Assembly (NCBI GenBank): GCA_051362555.1
Contig: CM120645.1
Coordinates: 248,001 to 312,000, forward strand
Origin: Lingula anatina
Taxonomy: Eukaryota > Animalia > Brachiopoda
Direction: 5' to 3'
DNA length: 64,000 nt
A program made the translations under genes and the position numbers. The notes under the pieces were generated by a model. The model was not told where the DNA came from, made no database searches, and worked only from the letters and a program-made list of their open reading frames with translations. Shown here one piece after another: positions 51,216 to 63,804 of this stretch (position 1 is its first letter; every line of letters begins with the position of its first letter).

Positions 51216-53210
51216 CTTCCAGTACATAATTTTGAACCAGATATTAAATATATTCACAAATATCACTCAGTCTCTGGTTAATTCATGACACAATTGAGCT
51301 ACAGAAAATACACCTAAGTATTCTGTGTTCCTGATGGAGAGGGCAGGTAATACTCTGCTGTGTCACAACTGGAGCTAAGAACATGATGAAAATAACTGAT
51401 GATCAAATGATAGAGATTACAGGTAGATAATTGAGCTGTAAGTGACTCATCACATTGTCAAACTCCTACATTACATGTTAACATACAGAACAGCTTTGTA
51501 CAATGTAATAAAAGAAAAGTATTGTTAGACACAAGGTGCTGTATACCAGTATATATATTAAAAGGACACAAAAGAGGATTTTCGCGCCAAAATTGATTTA
51601 TCCTGATTTATCCCGAGGTTAACACTACTTTTCCGCGATTTACCAACCTTTAATCTATCATTCCCGGCACTCGCCATCGCTCTGTAACATTTTTGGAAAA
51701 TACAATAAAAAGAAAACCTCCGCTTAAGCGGAGGTTTACCAACAACCACCTCCATTTTCATAATTGAGCTCTCTAGACTTCCGGATCTCGCGAGATTCTC
51801 GTATTGCGACCTAGTTAAAACCAGTTCAAGCTGCCGGGAAAGGACAACGTGAAACAGGAGGCTCAGTTATGCTGGGAGTCCTTCGAAGAAGCGAAGACAG
51901 ATAACAAAGAGAAAAAGAAACAGCCTTTACAAAAAACATGCGTAAAACAGTGTATCAGCAAATGTACGACAGGCAAACAATAAACACCGGCGAGGAAGAA
52001 GGCAGATGAAAACCTGCTTGGGTGGCCATGGATACGAAGAATGGCCTGGCCGCGAAGTATTTACTGGATTTGTGAGTACCATTTACAATAATCTTTGAGA
52101 TAAGACACCAGTGAAAATATTTATTAAGCACAGAGATTTATGTTTATTTACGTGTGTTCGTTGTATATCTTAACGATTGTCAGGCTCGTCTGTCAAAATA
52201 TGCCATGAAATTGTAACTAATATGAGTGGTATCGATGACAGAAAGTGTTGCTCATATGTCGACTCTGACAGGGTTTGGGTTAGTTTATAGAGCAAAGAAA
52301 GTTTAAATAAAAACGGACATGGTGGGAGATACTAGTCTCATTACATATACATTACAATGGCCAGGGCGAATTTTTGACTTACCGAGGGTACATTTCTTGT
52401 GCCTCTAACATCTAGGCATACCACAGTAATTAAGACATATGACAAAGATGCTATTTCTTTAGGCATCTAAATCCCAAAATGAATGTGCAGAAGCTGTTAT
52501 TGTATCTAAGTTTAACCCAATGTTAAATGGCATGTCAACTATAAGTGAAAATAAATAGTAGTATTTTGATTTTATATTTTAAAGACAATTTGTCTCCTTT
52601 TTACATTAAAAATAAATAAATCAGAAAGGGGATATTGCATGTTTATGTTTGGTACATCTCTCTAATGTATTAAATAGTCCAGAGTAATAATTTAGATCAT
52701 ACAATTTTAACTTCCAACCAGTATTTCGGAGATTAAACCAATATGAAGTGATCAAGAAACTTCAAAATTAAGTTGTAGTTAATACTAGTGCAGTTGAAGA
52801 TGACAGTCTAGATAATTTAAGGTGATCATATTGAGAAAAATGGCATTTATACTTATTTCAGTTGAGTTTTATACTTATTTAAGTTATGTTTTTACATAAT
52901 TTTTCTCAAACTCGATTATCTTATTTTATGTACTGTTGCTTTTTTTTTTTTTTTTTTGGTTGCAGTATCAAGGTAACTTTTTCCTATGGTATGCCTGAAC
53001 TGGAAGAAGTGCAGATGGAAGAGGAGGAAGATGCTGAAGAAGAGGGAATTAAAGGATCCTGATGATCCAACATGGGACTAAAACATGTCTTTAGAGTAAG
53101 CAGAATTTTAATAAGCTGATATTCACTCCTCATATATTAGGCATATAGGTGCATGATTTCTCTTTTATCAATTTTTTTTCCAAATTGGCGACACATAATG
53201 TAAACATAAT

Positions 53211-54086
53211 GCAAGACTCTATTTCCTCCGTCAACTGAAACGAGCTAAGCTTTACCAAAGTATTGTGCACTCAATTCTAGAATATGCCTGCCCTGTGTGG
53301 CATCCAGGACTAACTATAGAGCAATGCAAACTCTAAGAGACTGACCAAACTTGTGCTTTGAAGATTATTTTCCCTGACCTATACTATGATGAAACCCTGA
53401 ACCTGGCATATGTGTACTTTAGATAAACGAAGAGATCTGTGCAAAACTTTCTTTTACAAAAGAACTGAATCCTCTGACAAACTGAATCACATCTTTATTG
53501 ATCAATCCAATCGTCTTTTAAGATCAAACAATAGTAACAAATTCAAATTACTGTTTTTCTTTTTATCAAGAGCTTGTAAAATATGTGGGTATTACCTCCA
53601 ATATTTCTGTGACTGTCAGTCACCATCATCGGGGAGTAAATGACTAGGGTCATTTCACCTGGAATGAAAATCCAGGTCAATTGCCCCTAAACCCTAGTCA
53701 TTTACTCCCCGATGATGGTGACTGACAGTCACAGAAATATTGGAGGTAATACCCACATATTTTACAAGCTCTTGATAAAAAGAAAAACAGTAATTTGAAT
53801 TTATACATACAGAGCTAATGAAACTGTTCTCTCAATAGTAACAAAGTGCCACAATTTAAGACCGACAGATTCTGATGCTCTTTTATTCGGTATGCACTTT
53901 TAAATTTCCAATAGTATTATGTTGTCTTTTATCCTAAGTACAATAATTTTAAAGTTCAATTAGCAGTCTTTTAACTCAGTTTTATTCAAGCAAATATTCA
54001 CTTTATTTTCATTATAATTTTCTTAGCACTATGTACAACTTCAACCCACTGGGTTGCAATCTTAATAAATTATTATTATTATTATT
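53211..54086 (+). mobile_element. 5'-truncated LINE (CR1/L2-group) 3' end, interrupted by a fold-back insert
   Basis: RLYFLRQLKRA, SILEYACPVWHPGLT, TLDKRRDLCKTFF and RLLRSNNSNK/VPQFKTDRF are typical post-RT C-terminal motifs. The 3' end has a CAACCC/GGGTTG stem, AATAAA and an (ATT)n tail at 54041-54086. Confidence 0.8.
53539..53802. repeat. Perfect inverted repeat: 112-bp arms, 40-bp spacer
   Basis: 53539-53650 is the reverse complement of 53691-53802. The spacer has its own ACCTGGA/TCCAGGT stem. Confidence 0.95.
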
Positions 54087-55590
54087 TTGATTTGCTTTTT
54101 TAGACCTAAAGGTTATGAGCAACTGCCAGTATGATGTCCTGAAGAAGAGTTTTTTACATGGAAGAGGAACTCCATGGCTCTCCACCAAAAAAAGGTGAAC
54201 TTTTCTTGAGGGTCCAAAGCGGGGACGAGTTGGATAGTGAGAGACTTTTCCTGACTTTTGAGTGCTGCTTACAGGATATATTCAGTGAACTCATCTTGCC
54301 AATGTGACAAAGCATAATCTGCTGACTTCAAACCATCTAGCACTTACATGTATGCTATAATGCAGACAGATTGGAAATCAAGGTGGTCTTTCCTCCCAAA
54401 CCTAAGTCATATGCCTGATATTGAGAATAAACCATTTTGGTCCAGCATTTACTTCTTAAATCTAAATGACATCAAATGTATTATGGAATATGGTACTGGT
54501 GGCATATTGTGATTTCAACTTGATTTTAAACCAGTGTGTTGTTAGATTTTGTAAGATCACCAGTTGCAGTTTTGTGACTTTGTTACAGCATAAAATTCTG
54601 TATTTGGCAAATGACTGCATGTCATTTCTTTTAAGACCTACAAAAATGGTTTGAGTGAACACTTGTGCCTGTATTCAATTCTCCACTCAGCCATTATTTA
54701 GAATTCATGCAGGGAAGCTATGCCTGTATTTTTTAAAGAAATATTTATACCTTTCTATTTATTCCCTGCACATCTTGGAAAAGTATGTGTGAATATCTTA
54801 CTGATGAAACAATTTATGTTTGTGTAAGTTGGGTTGGTCCTTTCTTATGACACATCCCTTTGCATGGAGACAGCTCACATGAGTCAATACACTGACAGAG
54901 AGGGGGATAATTTGTTGATCTGCAATCCTCATGGGTCTGCATGTACATCAGACTCTTAACATGATAGCCTGGCTATTAATAAGTCTCTCTCAAAAATGTT
55001 ATCATACTATAATGCTTACTGCACAATGTGAAAGTTTGTGAATGCTTGAATAGAAGGCTTATTTATGAAGATGGCATTAATGAGTATGAAAATAATTATG
55101 CATTCTAGCTTACAGAATCTGTGTATGTCTTATTCATTACATGTGACAGGTAATAATAAAGATGATTTGGCCAAATTCCAAACTTATGTAGCAAACTTTG
55201 TTTATTCTTGTATTTTTGCCAAATATAAATAAAAGATGTTTCAATATTTAAACTTTTATTTCATTCATAATCTCTACCCAGTTAATGCTTCATTGATACT
55301 GCAGCTTATGCTTTGTACATAACAATATGTTAATTAATAATAACAGTTGGATAGTACATGTTAATTTACTAAAGGGCTAGTTCTTAGAAAAACATGTTCG
55401 ACATTAAAATATATTCTAAAAAAGTTTTCAAGTATTGCATTAGAATTGAATCTTTGGATGTATTTGACAAAATTATAAAATTATTGAAGAGTTGACAATG
55501 CACAGAAAATAAAGGCCTTGAGGCTCTCGCTGATCTCAGTCTTGTCACTTTAAATACATGTACATGGGCATTATAATATAAAACTGTTCA

Positions 55591-55745
55591 CTCGGTTTTG
55601 GTAAAAGGTGGTGGATCATGTGGTCATCGCTGCAAATTTTTTGTAGCAGTCTTTTACACAACTTGTCACACCGACATTGAAGTGATGCAGTATTGTAAGA
55701 TTGGAGTGCTTCCTGGTATGAGTTTTCCAGACATAACTTGAGGCA
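55591..55745 (-). mobile_element. LINE C-terminal fragment
   Basis: The minus strand reads SYQEALQSYNTASLQCRCDKLCKRLLQKICSDDHMIHHLLPKP, the same SY.EAL..L..RR..LC..H.LLP region seen in CR1/L2-group LINEs and at 53370-53500. Confidence 0.55.
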
Positions 55746-56876
55746 CTGTAATAGTAAAATTACATAAAATGGTTATAAAGAAAAAAATGTATTGATATTA
55801 TCATAACAGCACTATTCTTTAACAAAAATCAACAAATTAGAGGGCATGATCACTACATGATAACCAGCTTATTATAAAGAAGCAAGTCTGATTATGGCAA
55901 AAAAAAAAAAAATTAAATTTAAATATCTGCAGCTGCATTAAATCATAAAGGCCATAAGAAGAAATAACATAATCACACATGGTTTCAAAGAACTGATGTA
56001 AAAAAATCACACTAATATTCCCCACTTGGAATTTGAATTTTGACTAGCTAATTTACTACAGTAAAGTGCTAAACCGTACCAAATGGCACTGTTCACCCTC
56101 TAAAATACCAAAGTTTTAAGCAGGCCCAGGACCCCACGCCAACTAGGGGGGGGGGGGGGGGGGGGGGGTCGGCTTTGCATCCGCGCCACCCCCCCCCCCT
56201 TTCAAATAATCCTGGATCCGCCCATGTTATACTTCTAAAATTATTAACATACCTGATCTCTTCACTCGTGCTTGAAGGGGTGTATCACCCAATTCCTCCT
56301 CTGAAAGGCTAAAAAATCATTCCTTATAATCATATTCATTGACAATATTATTAAATTTACAAATAAGCTAACGTAGTTACGTGCCGTACAAAGAACACCC
56401 TCTAACCCCACTAGTACTCGAGTTACATTGTATATCTCATGGGATTCCCCTGCGAGAATATGGTGTGAGGTTAGTCTGTAAGTACTGGTAGTTGACCACA
56501 TTGAGCAGAAAAGGGTATTCCTCCTGCTTTACAGACCTATACACCTCAGGGGTAAAGTGCACTATCTCGCTTCATATAACTATAGTAGTACGTACCCAGT
56601 GCGAGTGATTTGGCTGCGAGTGCGTTACCCGAGGAAACGTTAATTATTAGCAGTTATCTACGCTTTTTAACTTCCTCTGCCAGACATTTTGATTTCCACT
56701 GCCATCTTCCCATTTTAAAGTACTTTTGGTAAATATAACTCGCTTACCTGCAAAGATTCGGTGAGCAATTCCTCTTCTCCTTCACGTCCACGCTCACCTT
56801 CGAAACGACATGCTGTCTGCATTGTTTACATCTCGTATCTGAGTCGAGAAGCCTCGTTATTTCAAACTGTGTCAAG

Positions 56877-59055
56877 ATGGCAGACGCCCGGGGTTCGAAA
56901 GTGGACGGTGAATATGATTCTTTTTTTCGATATTGATTAAGGCCATTTACCTGCCATTTTATGCTTTACCCATAGCAATTGTTCTCAGATAAGTTAAAAA
57001 AGAAGCAATCCATGCACTAAAAAGGCGTTTTTAATCCTATTTTTTGTCCCTTTAACTGTGAACATTCAGCAACCCAGATCATGCAAGTACTGCACATATG
57101 TAGTGGCTGACTTATTTATATTATTGCTGTTTAATTTATTTGACAGCTTGATCAGTAATGCTGGAAATTTATAAGCCGTCACACCAGTCAGACATTCACT
57201 GCAGCTTTTCATGCTCACTTTGGGCTTCTAACATCAAAAACTGCTTGAAAACTTGTGATATGGTTGAGTTACGAGGTTGAAACCATTTATCTTTTTAAGT
57301 ATGATTTATTCATGAACTTTAAAGAAATAGTGCACGTCTGTGGTTGAAACATTAAAAGTTTATAGGATTTTTTCAAATTAGTGCAAATTCTGTCAATGAG
57401 CAGCACATTGGGGAATGTTTCTTTCACAGCATTTTTATTGTCCAGGCACAGAGTATATCGATGGAAATAAATCTTGAATATTTGTTAAGATGATTGTATA
57501 TTTTCTGAAATTGTGTGTCAGATGAATGCATTCAATTTACATAAATAATGACCCTAATTAGTAGATAAATAGTGTGCTAGATATAAACAAGTAGGTTTTA
57601 ACTTCAAACCACACAATTTTAATTAGGTATTAACATCGTGTAGACATGTTATGGAAACCTTTTGAATTTTCTGACAAATATTATTATATTTTCAGTGTTT
57701 CAACGGAGTCTCAAGTCCGTAAGCCTCGTGACCTTGACCTTCCAAAATGGTGCCCTCACTCTGGTGTCGCGCTATGCACGAACACGTCCTGGGAACATGT
57801 TCTTCTCTACGACAGCTGTGGTCATGGCTGAGCTTTTCAAGTGTGTCTCCTGTCTTTTTATTATTATGGGACAAGAGGGAGGCATTAGGCCGTGGGCGCG
57901 GCGTTTAAATGAAGATGTTTTCCAGCAACCATATGACTGTCTGAAGATCTCAGTGCCGGCAGTGGTATATGTGATACAGAACAACCTGCTCTATGTCGCT
58001 ATATCTAATCTGGATGCAGGAACATTTCAGGTTCAGAATTTATTATTTTAAAGAAGTTTACAGAAGAAATTATTGGAATATTTAGTTGTAAATCAGATTT
58101 GCCAAGTACCTGTATTTTTTATATCTCTGGACACACAATACATTTTTAAAATAAATATGCCAACATTTAAAAGTTGGATAAGAAAAATTTGCGCTTAAGA
58201 AAAATAATTGAATTTCTTAGTTTTCTGTGTTTAATGACCCTTTGTAACGGTAGATTTTAAGAAAACGTGAACATTTAAACATATTTAATATATTCATATA
58301 TGAAAAGAACAGAATAGTACACAAAAAGTAAATTTGTTGTTAATGAAAATTTATTACATATTTTTAAGTTGAACTTAGATTTGACCTATTTTCTTGTATT
58401 CTAGGTCACATACCAGCTGAAGATCCTGACCACAGCCGTATTCTCTGTGATCTTGTTGCAGAAGAAACTGTCCAAAATCCAGTGGGTTGCCTTGGTGATG
58501 CTATTCACAGGGGTTGCCTTTGTACAGTTCAAGCCAGAAAGCACCTCAGAAAAAGTTTCCACTGAGCAGAATCGATTGCTGGGGTTTGGAGCAGTGCTTC
58601 TGGCCTCAGCTCTTTCAGGTTTTGCTGGAGTTTATTTTGAAAAAGTTTTAAAAACGACAAAGCAGAGTTTGTGGCTGCGTAATGTCCAGCTGGGCTTCCT
58701 GGGCGTTGTCTTTGGGACGGTGACTATTTTCCTGTCGACGGATGGACAGAAAGTGAGAGACAAGGGGTTTTTCTTCGGTTACGATATGGTGGTGTGGGCA
58801 GTAGTATTTCTACAGTCATTTGGGGGACTTCTTGTAGCTGTGGTAGTGAAATATGCAGACAATATTCTGAAGGGGTTTGCTTGCTCTGCAGCCATTGTTT
58901 TTGCCTCCCTGGCTTCTGTGTACTTGTTTAACTTTCAGCTGAGTCTGCAGTTTGTGATTGGAGCTTGTCTTGTCTGTATCTCTGTGTTTATGTATGGTTA
59001 CCAGCCCAAAGAGAAGACACAGTCAAATTTGCAAGCACAGGGGGAGAAAATATAA
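56877..59055 (+). CDS. SLC35A2: Nucleotide-sugar transporter, SLC35A family, most like UDP-galactose translocator (338 aa with the proximal first exon)
   Basis: Exons 56877-56907 (MADARGSKVD+G, donor GTGAAT, phase 1; less certain), 57696-58030 and 58405-59055 (stop TAA). Motifs: RYART, TTAVVMAELFK, SVPAVVYVIQNNLLYVAISNLDAGTFQ|VTYQLKILTTAVFSV, SGFAGVYFEKVLK, SLWLRNVQL, GGLLVAVVVKYADNILKGFA. RYARTxPGxxFFxTTAVVMAE favours A2 over A1/A3, from recalled sequences. Confidence 0.9.
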
Positions 59056-59299
59056 CTATAATATATTACTTTAGGGAAAGAGAAAGAGAAAAGGTATGAT
59101 TATGATGAATTACACTAGGTGGCAGCATTGTGCAGTATATTTTGACCAGTTATTTAAAACTAATACTGTTTTAGGTCTATTCATTGTTGACTTAGCACAA
59201 ATAATTTACTATTCATTTAGTGAAAAGAAACTGTGAGTCCAAAGCAGTGCATAGAAAAAGCTTCTCAACAGGTCCCCATAGTCACACCACCAGTCTGTA

Positions 59300-59477
59300 T
59301 AGATTGACCTAACTCTGCTGGGACTCTCACTCAGTGCAACCAGCTTAACCATACGACATGCCTCCTCATGTTTTCAACGTACGCATGTAATCACCTGCTT
59401 TTCTGTGTTCTACTTGACACCAGGTGGCATGTTAATCCGTTAAGCTGATTGTACTTAGTGAGAGCCCACGTAGAGTT
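59300..59477. mobile_element. MITE-derived inverted repeat downstream of the SLC35A2 stop
   Basis: Arms 59311-59349 and 59439-59477 are near reverse complements. TAGATTGACCTAACTC resembles the end of the 22465/25267 family, with a short relic at about 34062-34110. Confidence 0.6.
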
Positions 59478-60982
59478 GTTAATGAGAGTCTCAGATAATC
59501 ACGTATTCATGTGAAAGCTACCAGGTTCACTTACTGTTGAGGAAAACAGTTAACGGATGTCATCTCATCTTTATAAGGGGTCATCAAGAGGAATATGTCA
59601 GTTTTTATGTAATAAAAAACAGCCACCTAGGAGAAACAATATGCAAATGTTTATATCCTTTGACTACTAAACTGGTGCCTGGCCACTCTGATCTTAGTCC
59701 AACAGCTGAAGCTTAACTGTGATGTGGTGTTTATGTCAGGACTTGGTCAGTATTACCATTAAAATCAAATAGAACTGCAAGATATATATATATTTATATA
59801 TATAAAAGACTTATTGCCTTATCACAAAAGAATTATGTATGGATTATTTCTTACAAATGATGTAAGTATTGATGCAATAATTGTGTTGTATTGATTGCAA
59901 ATCAGGGAATAGTTTTATTTGTTGCTGGTTGAATTTGATTCTTCAGTCAAATAATTATGTCAGTGCAACCAAAAGGCTTGGATATAATAAGTGCACAATG
60001 TCTCTGCAGTCCCAATGCCAGAGGTTTAAATAACACCTTGTTCAACAAATATTTGCTTAGCTATAAAAGTATTCACAGATCCTATTTCTATGTGTTAATT
60101 CTGGATTTTATATCTATCATCTACATTGTACCTGGTGTGGAGCAATTTTTTAAAATTATATAACGCAATTATGGAACATCTTGTGTTTGGATGTGGATAA
60201 TTTCTTTAATAATTTGATTTTAATCTTGTTAAGTTCCCAAATATGTCTCATGATGGTGCTTGAACCACACGCACATTAAACTATGTATGTAATACAAGAC
60301 CACCAGAGACAATGTAACTACGCAAAACTAACAGCTGGCTGCTACTATTCATTTCCACGTTATTAGAATGGAATTAAGGATGGACACTTGCTTTACCTTC
60401 ATGTCCTGAGACCTCAGGCAGGGGGGTGTTGGGGGGGGGGGAGGGGGAAGCATTATATATTTTAGGTTGGTTACCAGCTTCTCCATTTTTCAGTCCCTGT
60501 GTTAAAACCCTAACCCAACTCTGCCATTTTCTGGAATTTGAGTTCAAGTTTACAGTGTCAATTACAAATAGCCAGGCCTCCGATGTGGTCAGTTAGGAAG
60601 AAATTGGGGTCACTCCCACAGAAAGTCCCTTGGTTACATGAACATATCCACTGCTCTATGATGGATACTTAGATCCATAACAGAAAAGTTTGGTACAATG
60701 TTTGGCAGATAAAAAGAACAGTTGTGATTGGTGCTGTGCACTCTACTCACATGTTGCCAACAGTCAACAGTTACATAAACCTGCAAATATGTAGACTGGA
60801 AAACAAAGAAGCTAACACTTTTGTAACACACATCAGGTGCAATGACTTTGGATTGGTGGTAAATTATTGTGTTTAGAAGTGTGTCTTGGTTATGGAGACT
60901 TGCCATAGTCATGAGATCTCTGAGGTAATGTTAAGTTTATAATTATTTGTTAGTTCTGCTTTGTGATAGTAAACAAATTCTT

Positions 60983-61223
60983 TCATTGCAAGCTGGATGC
61001 TAAGAACAGACGGCTGTAACAGTGGCTTCAAATTTAAACATAGGTGGCAGGAGTGGTATTTAGATACATTGTGATAAATTCGTGGTATTGGGATATTTAA
61101 AGAATAAAGAATAAAGAATCATTGCAAGCTGGATGCTAAGAACAGACGGCTGTAACAGTGGCTTCAAATTGGTATTTAGATACATTGTGATAAATTCGTG
61201 GTATTGGGATATTTAAAGAATAA
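60983..61223. repeat. Local duplication of about 125 bp; the second copy lacks 20 nt
   Basis: TCATTGCAAGCTGGATGCTAAGAACAGACGG...GATATTTAAAGAATAA at 60983 and 61119. Confidence 0.9.
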
Positions 61224-62793
61224 GTTATGATAATAAATAATTACTGGTTTTTAAGGTATTCAGCTGAGTGAGGGTACCAGTGTGTTCATATACCCCATAG
61301 GGTCACTGTTCATATACCCCATAGGGTCACTGTTCATATACCCCATAGGGTCACAGCCTGCTGTAAATTATTTCTACTACAATTATTGACAACAGGCTTT
61401 GTTTCTGAGGGTACATGTTATTAAATTGATTTTGGTTTCAATACATTCCATTTATTTCTTGCTTGAATAAAGTACTTAATCTTGTGACATTGACTTTAAT
61501 TCATTTCTCTTGTGCTGATAACTTGACAATGGTGAACAGTTCTGTGTTCTTAAAATAGGTAAAATCATTAGTTAAGGTGTAAAAATAACTATAATGATCA
61601 CACCCTTTCCTTTGGCTTTGTTGCAATTTTTGAAGATTTTTTTTTAAGTAGAAAATAATATCTGTGCCCATATTGCACGTTCAGTTTTCATAATATTATT
61701 CATTACTCACTTCATGTGGTTTTAGGATTCATTATCTATATTAGCCTATCAATTTATGTGAAGGTCAAGCCAAAGTTTAACTTTCATACAGGTGGTGCTT
61801 GGAAGAAACGATACTGGTTAGTAAACTGTTTGACTTTATTCATGATAAAATTGTACTAAATGAAATATAATCTAAATTTAAATATAATTTTTCACAAAAC
61901 AAGTAATTCAGAAAATGTAACTTACACAATTTACTTGTGGATAAAATGATCTTGCAACAGCCTCCCTTTTCATACTACAGGTGCATTTGAACAAAAACAC
62001 AATCATTATAACATCTTGGTTGAGACACACTAATAAAATGCTTCCCATCTCAACTACCACAATGTACCATTTCTCCTTGCAGATTTCTCTGCATCTTCTA
62101 TGCAGATTAAATAGTCTAAGCCCTCTTTAATTGCTATAATACTTCACTTGCTTATCACCACTTTTCAACTGGTCTTTATAATCTGACAGCATCATGTTAA
62201 CCCTAGACACCTTTCAATACAGCCAATTTTGTGTCTCACTGACTCCAACAGGTTGCATGACACCATGGAAAAATAAAAAGTGTTGAGATCCTTGCAATAA
62301 ACCATGTGATCAACTAATCACATGATAGGGTTTTGGTGCATATCATTACCAGCAACAATAAAATATTATCCCTGTGGCAATGTTTATATCCCAATATTTA
62401 CACCAAAATCAAGATTCAAACTCAGAAACATTCTGCAGAGTTACATTTGTAAGACTACACTGGAACTCCATGTCCTCCATAGGCTCCAGTCTGGAGGGTG
62501 TCTGGGGGGAGGAGGAGGGGGGGGGGGGTCACAAACACCCCTTGTCCTTCTCACCTCTGAATCATGTAAATGAATTCAAAATGATGGGCAGGGTGAACAG
62601 TTGAATCAATTCAAAATAATGCTGCATGTCTTGGAGATATCAGCACAAAAGAATCAAAGGATTAAAAATGCGAAGATTTAAATCACAAAGAACTCCCAAT
62701 AAATGCCTGACATATGATGAATTATGTCCCAGAAACATTACTCTGCAGATTCATAAGATTCAAGAACAGGTCGCACGTCAAGTTTGCAATCAT

Positions 62794-62984
62794 ACACAGT
62801 GGTGACAGGTCATATTTTCCTGTTGACATGGAGAGTGACAGAGTCTGGGTCAATGACACACAGTGGTGGCAGGTCATATTTTCCTGTTGACATGGGGAGT
62901 GACAGAGTCTGGGTCAATGACACACAGTGGTGACAGGTCATATCTTCCTGTTGACATGGGGAGTGACAGAGTCTGGGTCAATGA
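62794..62984. repeat. 64-bp tandem repeat x3 containing the CDK20 stop codon
   Basis: Units at 62794, 62858 and 62922, each encoding IDPDSVT(P/L)HVNRKI* on the minus strand. Confidence 0.95.
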
Positions 62985-63804
62985 GAGATTCTTCTAACGG
63001 CGTATCTATGTTGTACTCGTGCACGTGCTGTGGACGTCTGAGTTTCTTGCCGCGCTGAGGTATGGGTAGCTCAGAGTGGTGTGCTGGTAGTGGCTCCATG
63101 AAGAAGTACGGGTGGAGGAGGGCCTGGAAGTGAGAAAAGTTACACTGACCATTACACTCTCATATTGAGCACATATTATTACCACCAGGGGTGGACCCAG
63201 ATATATTTTGTGACAGTCTTCAAAATTATCTCTGTTGATACATCCCCCATTTTGACCGTCTCTCGACAGTGAAGATTAGATGCCCATCAATGTGAACTTG
63301 ATTACTACCTTGTGCTATGCTATCAGAAGAGCAGGGAACACATTCTACATTCTTTCTCCCAATTGATAACAATTTATTTTGACAACATTTTTGTCAATAA
63401 AATTATAATTATAATAACAGATAAAGATCTCTTATTCAGTTACACTCGGGAGTAACTGATGGCTGAGACTGTAATAATGAGAAATTACAAAGTACCAGAA
63501 GTTACTTCCCTTTTAAATTGTGGTCTCCAGAGATAAAAATCATTTTGCCAATGTTTTTCTTACTTAAATTATAATAACAGAGTCTGACAAAGTTACAGCT
63601 GAATTAGATAAATTATCTATAAGTCAATGATACCACGTTCAATCTCACCTCTTTTGCAGAAATTCTCTCCTTGGACGGGTAAACAAGAAATCGTTTAAGG
63701 AGATCGAGAGCTATAGCTGAACTGTCAGGAAGGATCAGCTCAAATGGAATGGGTGGGTTCTCTGGGAATGTTATCTTGTTGTAGTCAGGAAGCTCTGACA
63801 TGCC
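62938..63804 (-). CDS. CDK20: Cyclin-dependent kinase 20 (CCRK), last two coding exons; 5' part outside the window
   Basis: Exon 63649-63804 (GMSELPDYNKITFPENPPIPFELILPDSSAIALDLLKRFLVYPSKERISAKE) and exon 62938-63123 (ALLHPYFFMEPLPAHHSELPIPQR...HEYNIDTPLEESLIDPD...RKI*). GT-AG, phase 0. ELPDYNKI, PLPAHxSELPIPQR and PLEESL are characteristic of the CDK20 C-terminus. Confidence 0.92.
63186..63301 (+). mobile_element. hAT-like MITE family, truncated copy 3 (CDK20 intron)
   Basis: CAGGGGTGGACCCAG...TGACAGTCTTC.AAATTATCT.TGTTGAT...TTTTGACCGTCT matches the 5' half of copy 2. Confidence 0.7.

Larger units (their letters stand above)
51938..54310 (+). pseudogene. Decayed multi-exon transposon ORF
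   Basis: Exon 1 reads ...YDRQTINTGEEEGR*KPAWVAMDTKNGLAAKYLLD|gtgagt with an in-frame TGA at 52007. The second exon is acidic (EEVQMEEEEDAEEE). The third contains FLTFECCLQDIF. Resemblance to transposon-encoded proteins is from recall, not a search. Confidence 0.45.
51562..57051 (+). mobile_element. Kolobok-like DNA transposon relic (5.5 kb) with decayed spliced internal gene(s)
   Basis: TTAA at 51558-61 and 57052-55. 19-bp TIRs match 16/19 (AAGGACACAAAAGAGGATT versus AGGGACAAAAAATAGGATT). Inward-facing promoter-like ends, including TCTCGCGAGA at about 51787. Decayed plus-strand exons 51938-52071, 52966-53095 and 54104 onward. Convergent AATAAA/TTTATT at about 55228-55260. Confidence 0.6.
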
